Positions 1 through 9,933 of a DNA stretch of 64,000 nt are shown here, one piece after another. Position 1 is the stretch's first letter; each line of letters begins with the position of its first letter. Origin of the DNA: Candidatus Aenigmatarchaeota archaeon (GTDB taxonomy: Archaea > Aenigmatarchaeota > Aenigmatarchaeia > CG10238-14 > SpSt-28); assembly GCA_038997165.1 (NCBI GenBank), contig JAWBAK010000001.1, forward strand, positions 1 through 64,000, read 5' to 3'. Both the position numbers and the translations under genes were made by a program. Under the pieces are notes generated by a model. That model did no database searches. It was not told the origin of the DNA and saw nothing but the letters and a program-made list of their open reading frames with translations.

Positions 1-425
1 TACATTAACTCTTCTTCAATATTAAATTCTTTAAGATTTTCTTTCCAATATTTTTCTTCAACAATTTCAAATAATGGAGAATTTATTAATTTAATTGCAA
101 GTTTATCTGGTAATTGTTTTATATTATAAATAAAACAATCTTTAAAATTATATACTTCTCCACTTTCTTCATCAAAAAGATAAATTTCAACATCTTTATT
201 TCTTTTTAAAAGTTTTACTAATTCTTTCATTTCTTTTTTATTTTCTAATTCAGAAGAAAATATTAGTATTGAAGGAATTAAAAAAGATCCTTTAATTTCA
301 TTTTTTAAAATTTCAATTCTTTGAGATAATGAAGGTAAGGAAAATAATTCTAAATTTAAATCTTTTTTCCAATTATTTAAAAAATTTGAAGTATTAAAAA
401 ATGTTATATTTTCATTTATTTTCAT
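1..425 (-). CDS. hypothetical protein, 3' end outside window
   Basis: Manual translation from ATG at 425 (MKINENITFFNTSNFLNNWKK...) is open to the window edge; not in the ORF track. Confidence 0.7.
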   Translation of the reverse strand, partial: MKINENITFFNTSNFLNNWKKDLNLELFSLPSLSQRIEILKNEIKGSFLIPSILIFSSELENKKEMKELVKLLKRNKDVEIYLFDEESGEVYNFKDCFIYNIKQLPDKLAIKLINSPLFEIVEEKYWKENLKEFNIEEELM

Positions 426-471
426 AATTGATTAGTAATTAAAAAATTTAAATATTTTTTCTATTCTATAT

Positions 472-544
472 TGGGGCGGGTGGGATTTGAACCCACGACC
501 TTCCGGTCTTCAGCCGGACGCTCTCCCAGCTGAGCTACCGCCCC
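472..544 (-). tRNA. tRNA-Phe(GAA), no intron, CCA not encoded
   Basis: Acceptor GGGGCGG/CCGCCCC-A; anticodon arm TCCGG-CTGAAGA-CCGGA; T-loop TTCAAAT. Confidence 0.97.
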
Positions 545-582
545 CTATAAATTTATAAAATTATTTTTAATTAAAAAAATTA

Positions 583-777
583 ATGGGAAGAGTAGTGACA
601 AAGGATATAAAAAATGTAGCTGAAAAAATTTTAGAGCAACATAGAGAAAAATTTAGTGAAGATTATGAAAAAAATAAGCAAGTTCTTAATCAGCTATATT
701 CGTTTCTTTCAAAAAAATTAAGAAATAAAGTTGCTGGATATATTACATTCCTTATTAAAAAACAGAAAAATGCTTAA
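583..777 (+). CDS. rps17e: 30S ribosomal protein S17e (eS17)
   Basis: MGRV..K.IK..A and SKKLRNKVAGYIT motifs. Confidence 0.96.
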   Translation: MGRVVTKDIKNVAEKILEQHREKFSEDYEKNKQVLNQLYSFLSKKLRNKVAGYITFLIKKQKNA

Positions 778-1385
778 AAATTGAATCTTAATAAAGCTGC
801 TATTTTTAATTTCTTACAAAACTCACTATTTTTAATAATTACTATTTCACTATTTTTTTCTAATGCTTTATATATAATATCGAAAAAATTAAAAAATTCT
901 TTAATACAAACAAAAATAGTTTTTATCATACCATATTCTAGATATTCTTTAATGCTATCGAACAAAATTAAAAATTTTTCCTGATTTTCTATTATCAATT
1001 TATTAAAATTAAAGTTTTCTTCTAATCTAATTTTTTTGATTTTTTCTATTAATAAAATTGTTTTTTCATTTAATTTTTCTTTTTCTATAACAAATTCTTT
1101 TCCCTCTTCAATATTTTCTCCATGATATCCCTTACTTACTCTTTCATTAGAAACATCTTCTATTTTTCCTATAATTCTCATTTTGTCTAAATTTACTTTT
1201 TCTACTCTAATTTTAGCAAAACATTCAACTCTATCAATTTTTTTGCCATCTTTTCTAGAAAAAATATTTCTAACAATTTTTGTTTCAATTAAATCTTTTG
1301 ATTCTATTATTAATGGTAAAATTAATTTTTCGATTTCATTTTCAATTTTAGCATATATTCTTTTATCAGAAATAATTTTTATCAT
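774..1385 (-). CDS. truncated Pelota/Dom34-like protein (N domain plus shortened C domain)
   Basis: IRVEK..MRIIGKI..GYHG.NIEEG resembles the Pelota N domain; C-terminal IAALLRF; only 203 aa. Confidence 0.7.
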   Translation of the reverse strand: MIKIISDKRIYAKIENEIEKLILPLIIESKDLIETKIVRNIFSRKDGKKIDRVECFAKIRVEKVNLDKMRIIGKIEDVSNERVSKGYHGENIEEGKEFVIEKEKLNEKTILLIEKIKKIRLEENFNFNKLIIENQEKFLILFDSIKEYLEYGMIKTIFVCIKEFFNFFDIIYKALEKNSEIVIIKNSEFCKKLKIAALLRFNF

Positions 1386-1402
1386 ACTTTAATAATTATT
1401 TT

Positions 1403-2293
1403 ATGAAAATACAATATAAAATTGATGAATTTGCTCTAATTTTAATAGGTTCTTTAATATTTTTTATTGGATTAGTAGCCATAAATTATTATACTAAATT
1501 AACTCCAACAGAAGTTTCAAATATTACTAACTATACTCTTCTTTCAAAACAATTTGTTTTAGATGGATTGGAAAAAAGAGTTAGCTTAATAGAAATAGAA
1601 GATAAAATATATAAAAGCTTATTAGAAGAAAAGCCGCTAAATATTAAAGTTGAAATACCAAAAGAAGAAATTAATAAAATAAGCAAAATAAATATAGAAT
1701 TCGAGAGCGAAAAAAATATTTCAAGAATTTATTTAATAGAAAATAAAAATTTATATATTTCTAAAAACGAATATTTAAAAAATGAAATTAAAGAAAAGAT
1801 GTATTTTATTGTAAAAATTGAAGAATATGATTTAACAATTCCATTTATTATTTTAGCTATTACAATTTCAATAAGCATTATTATATTTTTGATGTATAGA
1901 GAATATCCAAAATTAAGAGATAAAATAAAAATAATTGGCTCATCAATTATAATCGCTTTATTAACATTATTTCTTGTTTTTGGAAGTATTAGAGCTAATG
2001 ATAAAGTAAAAGTTACTGTATATGCAACTAAGGATTTAGCAGAAAAATCTTTTACTTTTCAGGCAATTCCAAAAACCTATAATATTCAAATAGTATTTGA
2101 TATAGGAAATAGCATTAGAACCAATAAATTGAGAATTTATTTAAATAATGAAATCATATATGATAGCATTCCATTTAATCCTTCAGTAAGAATTTTTCTC
2201 AATAGTGTTAATTTAAATAAAATTAATAGTTTAAAGTTTGAAACTTCTAATGCCTATTATGAAATAAAAAATGTTTATATTATATTTTCATAA
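1403..2293 (+). CDS. membrane protein of unknown function
   Basis: Three hydrophobic segments separated by beta-rich soluble regions. Confidence 0.6.
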   Translation: MKIQYKIDEFALILIGSLIFFIGLVAINYYTKLTPTEVSNITNYTLLSKQFVLDGLEKRVSLIEIEDKIYKSLLEEKPLNIKVEIPKEEINKISKINIEFESEKNISRIYLIENKNLYISKNEYLKNEIKEKMYFIVKIEEYDLTIPFIILAITISISIIIFLMYREYPKLRDKIKIIGSSIIIALLTLFLVFGSIRANDKVKVTVYATKDLAEKSFTFQAIPKTYNIQIVFDIGNSIRTNKLRIYLNNEIIYDSIPFNPSVRIFLNSVNLNKINSLKFETSNAYYEIKNVYIIFS

Positions 2294-2299
2294 TATTTT

Positions 2300-3613
2300 A
2301 TGACTTCTATTACTTTATCCTTTGAAGTTCATCAGCCATTTAGATTAAGAGAAGAACCAAAAAAGGATTCTTCAAATTTAATTGAAAGATATTTTGATAT
2401 AGAACTAAATAAATATTATTTAAATAGAATATCTGAAAAATGTTATTTAAAAGCTAATAATATAATTTTAGATTTAATAGATCAATTTAAAAAAGAAAAA
2501 AAGAAATTTAAAGTTTCGTATTCGATAAGTGGAATTTTTTTGGAAGCAGTAGAAAAATATAGAAAAGATGTATTAGAAAGTTTTAGAGAGTTAGCAAAGA
2601 AAAAAGAAGTCGAAATATTATGTGAAACCTATTATCATTCTATAGTTAGTTTACATAGTGATTACGAAGAATTTATAAATCAAGTAGAAATGCAAAGAGA
2701 AACTTTAGAAAGCTTACTAAATGTTAAGCCAAAAGTTTTTGTAAATACAGAAATGATTTTTAATAATAAAATTGCAAAAATAATTGAAGATTTAAAATTT
2801 AAGGCAATTTTTACTGAAGGTGTTGAAAGAATTCTTAATTGGAAATCCCCAAATTATGTATATGTAAGAAAATATTGCTTTCCAAATGATCCAATACCTA
2901 AAAAAAGGATAAAAATATTATTAAGAAATTATAGATTAAGCGATGATATAGCTTTTAGATTTTCTGCAAAATCTTGGGATCAATGGCCATTAACAGCTGA
3001 TAAATATGCTTCCTGGCTTGCAGCAACTCCTGGAGATGTAATAAATATTTTTATTGATTATGAAACTTTTGGGGAACATCATTGGGAAGAAAGTGGAATA
3101 TTTTGGTTCTTAAAAGCATTACCATATCATATTTTGAAATATGAACATTTACAATTTGATTTGCCAAGCGAAGTAATTGAAAAATATAATGCTATTGCTG
3201 AATATGACGTTTTTGAACTATCTTCTATTTCTTGGGCAGATAGCGATAAAAATGTAAGTGCATGGTTAGGAAATGAAATGCAACTTAAAAGTTTTGAAGA
3301 AGTTATGAAATTAAGGAATGAAGTTCTAAGTTTAAACGATGAAGAATTATTTAAAATATGGCAACTTTTTACTCAAAGCGATATATATTATTATATGAGT
3401 AAAAAATCTCAAGCAGACGATGATGTGCATCAATATTTTAATCATTATAAGAGTGCTGAAAAAGCATTTGTTAGTTTTATAAATATTTTAGCAGATTTTA
3501 AAGTTCAATTAGCACTTAAAAAAATAAAAAAAGAACTAAAAGAAATTGCTATGCTAGAAAATTCTATAAAAAGTCTAGAAAAGGAATTAAAAGATTTAAA
3601 AATTAATTTATAA
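2300..3613 (+). CDS. glycoside hydrolase family 57 (alpha-amylase-like)
   Basis: FEVHQP, ETYYHS, NTE, DYETFGEH, SWAD motifs. Confidence 0.93.
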   Translation: MTSITLSFEVHQPFRLREEPKKDSSNLIERYFDIELNKYYLNRISEKCYLKANNIILDLIDQFKKEKKKFKVSYSISGIFLEAVEKYRKDVLESFRELAKKKEVEILCETYYHSIVSLHSDYEEFINQVEMQRETLESLLNVKPKVFVNTEMIFNNKIAKIIEDLKFKAIFTEGVERILNWKSPNYVYVRKYCFPNDPIPKKRIKILLRNYRLSDDIAFRFSAKSWDQWPLTADKYASWLAATPGDVINIFIDYETFGEHHWEESGIFWFLKALPYHILKYEHLQFDLPSEVIEKYNAIAEYDVFELSSISWADSDKNVSAWLGNEMQLKSFEEVMKLRNEVLSLNDEELFKIWQLFTQSDIYYYMSKKSQADDDVHQYFNHYKSAEKAFVSFINILADFKVQLALKKIKKELKEIAMLENSIKSLEKELKDLKINL

Positions 3614-3616
3614 ATA

Positions 3617-4699
3617 ATGAATAATGTGGCAGAAAATATATTTGAAAAGTTTGGCTTAGAAAAAATAAATTATGATTTACTTTCTAGAATTAATAGTTCT
3701 GATATCTTAATAGAAAGAAAATTATTAACTTATGTAAGAGGTTCAAAAGAATTAGAGGAAGCAATTAATACTAAAAATTTTTATGTTTTAACAGGAATAA
3801 TGCCGTCTTTCGAAAAAATTCATTTTGGAACTTTTGGAGTAATTAAAGCTGTAAAATTTTTTCAAAAAAATGCAAAATTTTCTATAGTATTAATAGCTGA
3901 TGTAGAAGCATACCTTACTAGAAATATATCTTATGAAAAAGCAAAAGAAATTGCATATAATATTCATATACCAACTTATTTAAGTTTAGGATTAAGCGAA
4001 AAAACTATTTTTTATTTTCAATCAGAAAACAAAAGTTTAATAAAAATTGCTACTGATGTTGCAAAAAATATAACTATAAATAATTTTAAAGAAGTATATG
4101 GCGATATTTCTCCAGAAAGAATTTATTCCTCAACTTTTCAAATTGCAGACATTTTATTTCCTCAACTAATAAAAAAAATATATCCAATAATACCTGTTGG
4201 AATAGATCAAGATCCACACTTAAGATTATGTAGAGATTATGTAAGAAAAACTAATTCTTTTGATTTCCTACTACCAATAGGAATATATATAAAAACTATT
4301 CCATCATTAAGTGGAGAAGAAAAAATGAGTAAAAGTAAACCAGAAGATGCCATATTTTTACCAGAAGAAGAAAACGTTCTTAGAAAAAAGGTTTTTTCTG
4401 CATTTTCTGGTGGAGGAATTACAATAGAAGAACATAGAAAAAGGGGAGCTAATTTAGATGTTGACGTTTGCTATAGAATTCTTGAATTTGTTGATGAATC
4501 AGACAAGTTTTATGAAATGTCAGAAAAATATAGAAAAGGTGAAATATTAAGTGGAGAATTTAAAGAATATACTTTTTATGTTCTTCAAAATTTCATGAAA
4601 GAATTTAAAGAAAAATTAGAATATTATAGAGATTTTGTAAAAAAAGGAAAAATAATAGAAATTCATTCTGTAGAAGAATTAAAAGAATTTATTGAATAA
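3617..4699 (+). CDS. trpS: tryptophanyl-tRNA synthetase
   Basis: TGIMPS..HFG, VGIDQDPHLRL, KMSKS, AFSGG..T.EEHR. Confidence 0.93.
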   Translation: MNNVAENIFEKFGLEKINYDLLSRINSSDILIERKLLTYVRGSKELEEAINTKNFYVLTGIMPSFEKIHFGTFGVIKAVKFFQKNAKFSIVLIADVEAYLTRNISYEKAKEIAYNIHIPTYLSLGLSEKTIFYFQSENKSLIKIATDVAKNITINNFKEVYGDISPERIYSSTFQIADILFPQLIKKIYPIIPVGIDQDPHLRLCRDYVRKTNSFDFLLPIGIYIKTIPSLSGEEKMSKSKPEDAIFLPEEENVLRKKVFSAFSGGGITIEEHRKRGANLDVDVCYRILEFVDESDKFYEMSEKYRKGEILSGEFKEYTFYVLQNFMKEFKEKLEYYRDFVKKGKIIEIHSVEELKEFIE

Positions 4700-4702
4700 T
4701 TT

Positions 4703-5125
4703 ATGGAAAAGTTTAAATTTATAGATATTACTAGTGCTGATGTTGCTTTTGAAGCATATGGAAAAGATTTGAATGAATTATTTGCAAATTCTGCTTTAGC
4801 TATGTTTGAAGTTATGATTAATACATCTCTAGTAAATAAAAAAATAGAAAGATTTATTGAAGTTAATGGATATGATTTATTATCTCTAATGTTTAATTGG
4901 CTTAACGAACTTATATTTTATGTAGATACAGAAAATTTGGCTTTTTCGGAATTTGAAGTAAATGTTGATGAAAAAAACTTTAAATTAAAAGCTATGTGTA
5001 AAGGAGAAAAAATAGATAGAAATAAGCATGAAGTAAGAACATTAGTTAAAGCTTGCACATATCATAAAATGAAAATATGGAAAGAAAATGAAATATGGAA
5101 AGCAATAGTTATTTTAGATATTTAA
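4703..5125 (+). CDS. archease
   Basis: N-terminal D.TSAD, WLNEL, VKACTYH, C-terminal LDI. Confidence 0.95.
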   Translation: MEKFKFIDITSADVAFEAYGKDLNELFANSALAMFEVMINTSLVNKKIERFIEVNGYDLLSLMFNWLNELIFYVDTENLAFSEFEVNVDEKNFKLKAMCKGEKIDRNKHEVRTLVKACTYHKMKIWKENEIWKAIVILDI

Positions 5126-6573
5126 CCTTTTACTACAGCTATTGGCCTTAATCTAACAACAATTTTACTAATTCCAGCTTTTTCTGTTGTTAAAACAACT
5201 TCATCAACATTTTTATAAGCTTCTGGCAATTCTTCAATTATTCCCTCTTTTGAAGCAGCTCTTAATAATATTCCTTTAGATTCCATTATTCTTAATGCAT
5301 CTCCATATCTATATTTTCTCATCATAGCTGCTCTAGAAGAGGTTCTTCCAGAACCATGTGCAGAAGAATAAAAAGATTTTTCTGCAGATTCTAAACCAAC
5401 TAATATATAGCTAGCAGTTCCCATGCTTCCAGGAATTAATACTGGCTGACCAATTTTTTCATATTTTTTAGGAATTAAATTGCTAAATGGAGGCATTGCT
5501 CTTGTAGCTCCTTTTCTATGAACTAAAACTTTTTTTCTTTCTCCATCTATTTTATGTTCTTCTATTTTTGCAATATTATGAGCTACATCATAAATAGTTT
5601 CCAATCCTATTTCTTCTACTTTCATTTTTAGTACTTGCTCAAAACTTTCTCTAACCCAATGAGTTATCATTTGTCTATTTGCAAAAGCATAATTAGCTGC
5701 TGCATTCATTGCACCAAAGTATCTTTCAAAAGTTTTAGTTCCACTAGGAGCATAGGCTAGTTGTCTATCTGGTAATTTTCTAATTAAATCTCTAAATTCT
5801 CTTTCCATTATTTCTAAATAATCGCTAGCAACTTGATGTCCTAAACCTCTAGAGCCTGTATGAATAAAAACTATTATTTGATTTTCTTTTTCTATTCCCA
5901 GAATTTTTGCAATTTCGTAATCAAAAATTTTATCTACAACTTGAATTTCAAGAAAATGATTTCCAGAGCCTAGAGTACCTAATTGGGGCATGCCTCTTTG
6001 AATAGCTTTTTGAGAAACATACTCTGGCATTGAATATTTTTCTAAATTTCCATTATCTTCGATAAATTCTAAATCCTTTTCCCATCCGTAACCATTTTCC
6101 ACAGCCCATTTTGCTCCATATTTTAAAACTTCATAAGTTTGTTGAGGGGTTAATTTAATTACTCCCTCGCTTCCAACTCCACTTGGAACATTTCTAAAAA
6201 TCGTATCAACTAATTCTCTAAGTTTATTTTTTATATCTTCATACATTAAGTTTGTCCTTAGAGCTCTAACACCACAATTTATATCAAAACCTATTCCACC
6301 TGGACTAATTACTCCATCATAATAATCTATAGCAGCAACTCCACCAATTGGGAATCCATATCCAAAATGCATATCTGGCATAGCAATAGAATATTTATAT
6401 ATTCCTGGCAAAGTAGCTACATTTATAGCTTGTTCTATTGCTCCTTCCTCAACTTCATTTAATAATTTTTCAGACAAAAATAATCTTACTGGCACATTCA
6501 TATTTGGTTTTACACCTTTCTCTATTTCCCATTCTACTTCACTAATTCTCTTAATTTTATTTTTCCAATTCAT
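5122..6573 (-). CDS. rtcB: RNA-splicing ligase RtcB
   Basis: PDMHFGYGFPIGG, DINCG, GSGNHF, HRKGATRA, PGSMG, HGSGR; no intein-sized insertion. Confidence 0.98.
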   Translation of the reverse strand: MNWKNKIKRISEVEWEIEKGVKPNMNVPVRLFLSEKLLNEVEEGAIEQAINVATLPGIYKYSIAMPDMHFGYGFPIGGVAAIDYYDGVISPGGIGFDINCGVRALRTNLMYEDIKNKLRELVDTIFRNVPSGVGSEGVIKLTPQQTYEVLKYGAKWAVENGYGWEKDLEFIEDNGNLEKYSMPEYVSQKAIQRGMPQLGTLGSGNHFLEIQVVDKIFDYEIAKILGIEKENQIIVFIHTGSRGLGHQVASDYLEIMEREFRDLIRKLPDRQLAYAPSGTKTFERYFGAMNAAANYAFANRQMITHWVRESFEQVLKMKVEEIGLETIYDVAHNIAKIEEHKIDGERKKVLVHRKGATRAMPPFSNLIPKKYEKIGQPVLIPGSMGTASYILVGLESAEKSFYSSAHGSGRTSSRAAMMRKYRYGDALRIMESKGILLRAASKEGIIEELPEAYKNVDEVVLTTEKAGISKIVVRLRPIAVVKG

Positions 6574-6597
6574 AATAATATTTTTTAATTTTTAATT

Positions 6598-7305
6598 TTA
6601 GCTTAAATCGCCACAAGCACAAAATATTTCATAAAGAAGTTTAAATAAATCTTCATAACCATCTTTATTTAAATTATTAACTTTTATAACTCTAAATTTT
6701 AAAATTGATAATTCAATTATATCTATAATTCTTTCTAATATTTCAGATAATGCATCGCTTTTAGTTTTTATTTCTTCAATTTTTTCTTTTACATTAAAAT
6801 CATATAAATCTTTTTTTGAAAATACTGGAATTACTGGAATTTCTAATGTTAAATATATAATAACCGATTGTAATAAACAAGAAATAAAAGAATGAATTTC
6901 CTTAGCTAAATTAGAATCTATAAGAAAAATTATTACAGAATTTTTTGAAGAAAGTTTTTTAATTATGTTTTTTCCTTCGTTAGAATATAAAAACAATTCA
7001 ATTTGTCCGGGTGTATCATAAATAACAAAATCATAATCTTCTTCTAATTTTATTTTTTCTAAATTTTTTTCAATTAATTCGATAGATTTTAATAATGCGC
7101 CATTAATTCCTAAATTATAATTTTTCATTATATCTTCAACTTTTAAAAAATCTCTAATATTTTTATTAGCAATATAAATAGGATCTGAAGCACAATCTAA
7201 ATTTATTGTAGCTACTCTATATTCTTTTTCTCTTAAAAATTCTGAAAAATTTTTTGTAAAAGTACTTTTTCCGCTAGCTGCAATTCCTAAAACAAATATT
7301 TTCAT
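6598..7305 (-). CDS. GPN-loop GTPase family protein (GIN variant)
   Basis: G.AASGKST, INLD, LGINGAL, DTPGQIE, C-terminal CACGDL. Confidence 0.88.
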   Translation of the reverse strand: MKIFVLGIAASGKSTFTKNFSEFLREKEYRVATINLDCASDPIYIANKNIRDFLKVEDIMKNYNLGINGALLKSIELIEKNLEKIKLEEDYDFVIYDTPGQIELFLYSNEGKNIIKKLSSKNSVIIFLIDSNLAKEIHSFISCLLQSVIIYLTLEIPVIPVFSKKDLYDFNVKEKIEEIKTKSDALSEILERIIDIIELSILKFRVIKVNNLNKDGYEDLFKLLYEIFCACGDLS

Positions 7306-7343
7306 AATTTTATAAAAAAAAATAAAAAGAGAAAAAGAGAATA

Positions 7344-9089
7344 TTAAATACCTTCTGGTGTTCTTCTATAATCAATTACTCTTTTATATGTCAGAGCTAC
7401 TATTACTAATGCAATGAATATAATAATCAATATTAAAATTATAAAAAGAGATAGATCAATTTTTCCTATTAATCTTAAGTATTCTTCTTCCTTTACTTTA
7501 TTCTCTTCTATTTTTTCTGAAATAACTTTGAATTCTTCAATAAATTCTTTTTCTCCTGCACTAATTCTTAAATTAAATTTATCATAGCTAAAATCTTCGC
7601 TAACGAATAGCTTCATTTTTATTGATTTAGTTTGAAAAGGAGCTAATGTTATTTTATTTGTTTCTAACGAATATGTTATTCCATGTGGTACATCTACTTT
7701 TATTTCTAACTCTCTTAATGCTCTATTATCTTGATTTTTAATTGTTATATACATTTCATTCCATTTACCTTTTATCAATTCTGTTTTTGGAATATCTATC
7801 TTTAAAGTATATAAATATCCATACCTTTCTACGTAAAAATCATATTTTATGTTTACTAAATTGTTAAAAGCATAAACAGATACTAAATTTCTTTCTCCTA
7901 CTAATTTTCCTAAATAATAAGTTACTCCCTTAACTTCGTTTGGATATATTACTGGTATTACTCTTACAAAAAGATCTTCCTTAAATTTAACTAATACAGT
8001 TATATTATATAATTCTTCTTCCCCACAATTTCTTATTAAAATAGTTAATTTATTCTCTTCTATTATTCTATTATCTATACTTTCAAATGTCAAGCAATAT
8101 TTATCTTTTTCAATATATGAAGATAAATCTACTATATATTGTTTTGATTTTTCTTTTTTGATAACTTCTAATATTATTATTAATTCGTCTCTAATTTTTA
8201 TTAATTCAGACGAAATTGAAGATTCTACTCTATCAATTTTAGTATTAATTATATCTAGCATTAATGAAACCCTTTCTATTCTTAAATTTGTAATTTCAGA
8301 ATTCTTCAATACAATCTTGAGGGTGTCTAATATTTCTACAAGTAGTTGAGTATTGTTTGAATTTTGCCTCATTATATCATTTAGCATAGCTATTATTCTA
8401 TCGAGAGCTTCTGTGTGTAATTTTTGAGTCTCTGATATTGACTTTACTATATCTAATATTTCTATTAATAAATCGGTGTTTTTTGAAATTATTGAAGATA
8501 AATTATTAAGTATTTCTATTATCTTATCTATTTTTTCTATGGTTAATCTTTGATAATATAATATTTGTTTTACCAAATCTCTTATTTCTCTTACAAACTC
8601 TAAATTTTGTTCTAATAGCGAAATTTCTTTATACGATAAGTTTAGTAATAATTTTAATAAACTTACAATATCAACTAAAGTTTTATTTATTTCAACTAAA
8701 TATTTTTTACATTCTTGGCATAAATCTTCCTTCCAAGTTATTCTAACTACATTACTTCTAAGAACAGGATCTGTAATAGTTGTATAAACTATTTCAGCAT
8801 AATATGTTTTCGTAGTTGATACACTACTACTAACAAAAGTATAACAAATAAATGCTTCACTTCCTTTATTTTTACATTCTTTTATTACTTTATTGTTTTC
8901 ATATATTTTTATAGAATCTACCCTTACTATATTAACATTATCAAATTTTGCTATAGCTACTAATAAAACAGATTCATTAACAACAGCTTCTGTTTTACTT
9001 GCGATAAGTTCTATGCTATCTGCTAAAGATGGTGCTAGATAAATTAAAAACATTGCTATTAAGATTGTTAAATATTTTTTTGTTATCAT
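7344..9089 (-). CDS. membrane-anchored surface protein with coiled-coil stalk and CARDB/Ig-like domains
   Basis: Signal peptide, long heptad region, IRNCG and IKNQD Ig-like motifs, C-terminal TM with basic tail. Confidence 0.7.
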   Translation of the reverse strand: MITKKYLTILIAMFLIYLAPSLADSIELIASKTEAVVNESVLLVAIAKFDNVNIVRVDSIKIYENNKVIKECKNKGSEAFICYTFVSSSVSTTKTYYAEIVYTTITDPVLRSNVVRITWKEDLCQECKKYLVEINKTLVDIVSLLKLLLNLSYKEISLLEQNLEFVREIRDLVKQILYYQRLTIEKIDKIIEILNNLSSIISKNTDLLIEILDIVKSISETQKLHTEALDRIIAMLNDIMRQNSNNTQLLVEILDTLKIVLKNSEITNLRIERVSLMLDIINTKIDRVESSISSELIKIRDELIIILEVIKKEKSKQYIVDLSSYIEKDKYCLTFESIDNRIIEENKLTILIRNCGEEELYNITVLVKFKEDLFVRVIPVIYPNEVKGVTYYLGKLVGERNLVSVYAFNNLVNIKYDFYVERYGYLYTLKIDIPKTELIKGKWNEMYITIKNQDNRALRELEIKVDVPHGITYSLETNKITLAPFQTKSIKMKLFVSEDFSYDKFNLRISAGEKEFIEEFKVISEKIEENKVKEEEYLRLIGKIDLSLFIILILIIIFIALVIVALTYKRVIDYRRTPEGI

Positions 9090-9198
9090 AAAATACTAAT
9101 AAGGAACGTATATAAATACTTTTTAGTGATAAAAAAAATTATTTATCAATAATGTTACAAAAATAAAAAAGAGAATCAAAAAAAATTTAATAATATTT

Positions 9199-9933
9199 AT
9201 GGAAATAAAAGTTGGGTGTTGCGGCTTTCCGGTTTCAAAAAATAAATATTTTGAAAATTTAAATTTAGTTGAGATTCAGCAAACATTTTACAAATTAATA
9301 GATGAAGAAATTTTGAAGAAATGGAGAAAAGAAGCACCTTCAAATTTTGAATTTACTATTAAAGCTTTTCAAGGCTTAACTCATACAACAAAAAGCTTTA
9401 CGTGGAAAAAAAGCGGATTAAAAGAAAGTGAAATAAAAAAGTTAGAAAAATATGTAGGAAACTTAAAAGTAAATAAAGTTACTTTAGAATTTTGGGAAAA
9501 AATGCTGAAATATGCAAAAATTTTAAATTCAAAAATAATTTTATTACAATTACCAAGCTCTTTTAACGATAGTAAAGAAAACATCGAACAAACCAAAGAA
9601 TTTCTAAAAAATGTAGAATCCAAAGAAATAAAAATTGCTTTAGAATTAAGAGGTTGGAAACTAGAAAATAAAAGAAAAATATTTGAAGAATTTAATGTTA
9701 TTGATGTTGTTGATATAAATATAGATATACCTACTAAAGTAGAAAATATTTTATATACTAGATTGCATGGAAAATATGAGAAAAATAAAATTATTTATAA
9801 TTACGAATATACTCAAAAAGAATTATTAAGTATTAAAAATAAGCTTATAAAATTAAACGCAAAAGAAAACTATGTTTTATTTAACAATTCTTATATGTTT
9901 AAAAACGCTCTTGAGTTTTTGAAGATTTTGTAA
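9199..9933 (+). CDS. DUF72 family protein
   Basis: VGCCGF, VEIQQTFY, FTIKA.Q.LTH, QLP.SF, Y.RLHG, FNN. Confidence 0.92.
   Translation: MEIKVGCCGFPVSKNKYFENLNLVEIQQTFYKLIDEEILKKWRKEAPSNFEFTIKAFQGLTHTTKSFTWKKSGLKESEIKKLEKYVGNLKVNKVTLEFWEKMLKYAKILNSKIILLQLPSSFNDSKENIEQTKEFLKNVESKEIKIALELRGWKLENKRKIFEEFNVIDVVDINIDIPTKVENILYTRLHGKYEKNKIIYNYEYTQKELLSIKNKLIKLNAKENYVLFNNSYMFKNALEFLKIL

Noticed and set aside
7316..9180. AAAAATAAAAA(A)GAGAA flanking the 581-aa gene as a target-site duplication
   Set aside because: Low complexity; resembles T-rich terminators on the minus strand; no transposase nearby
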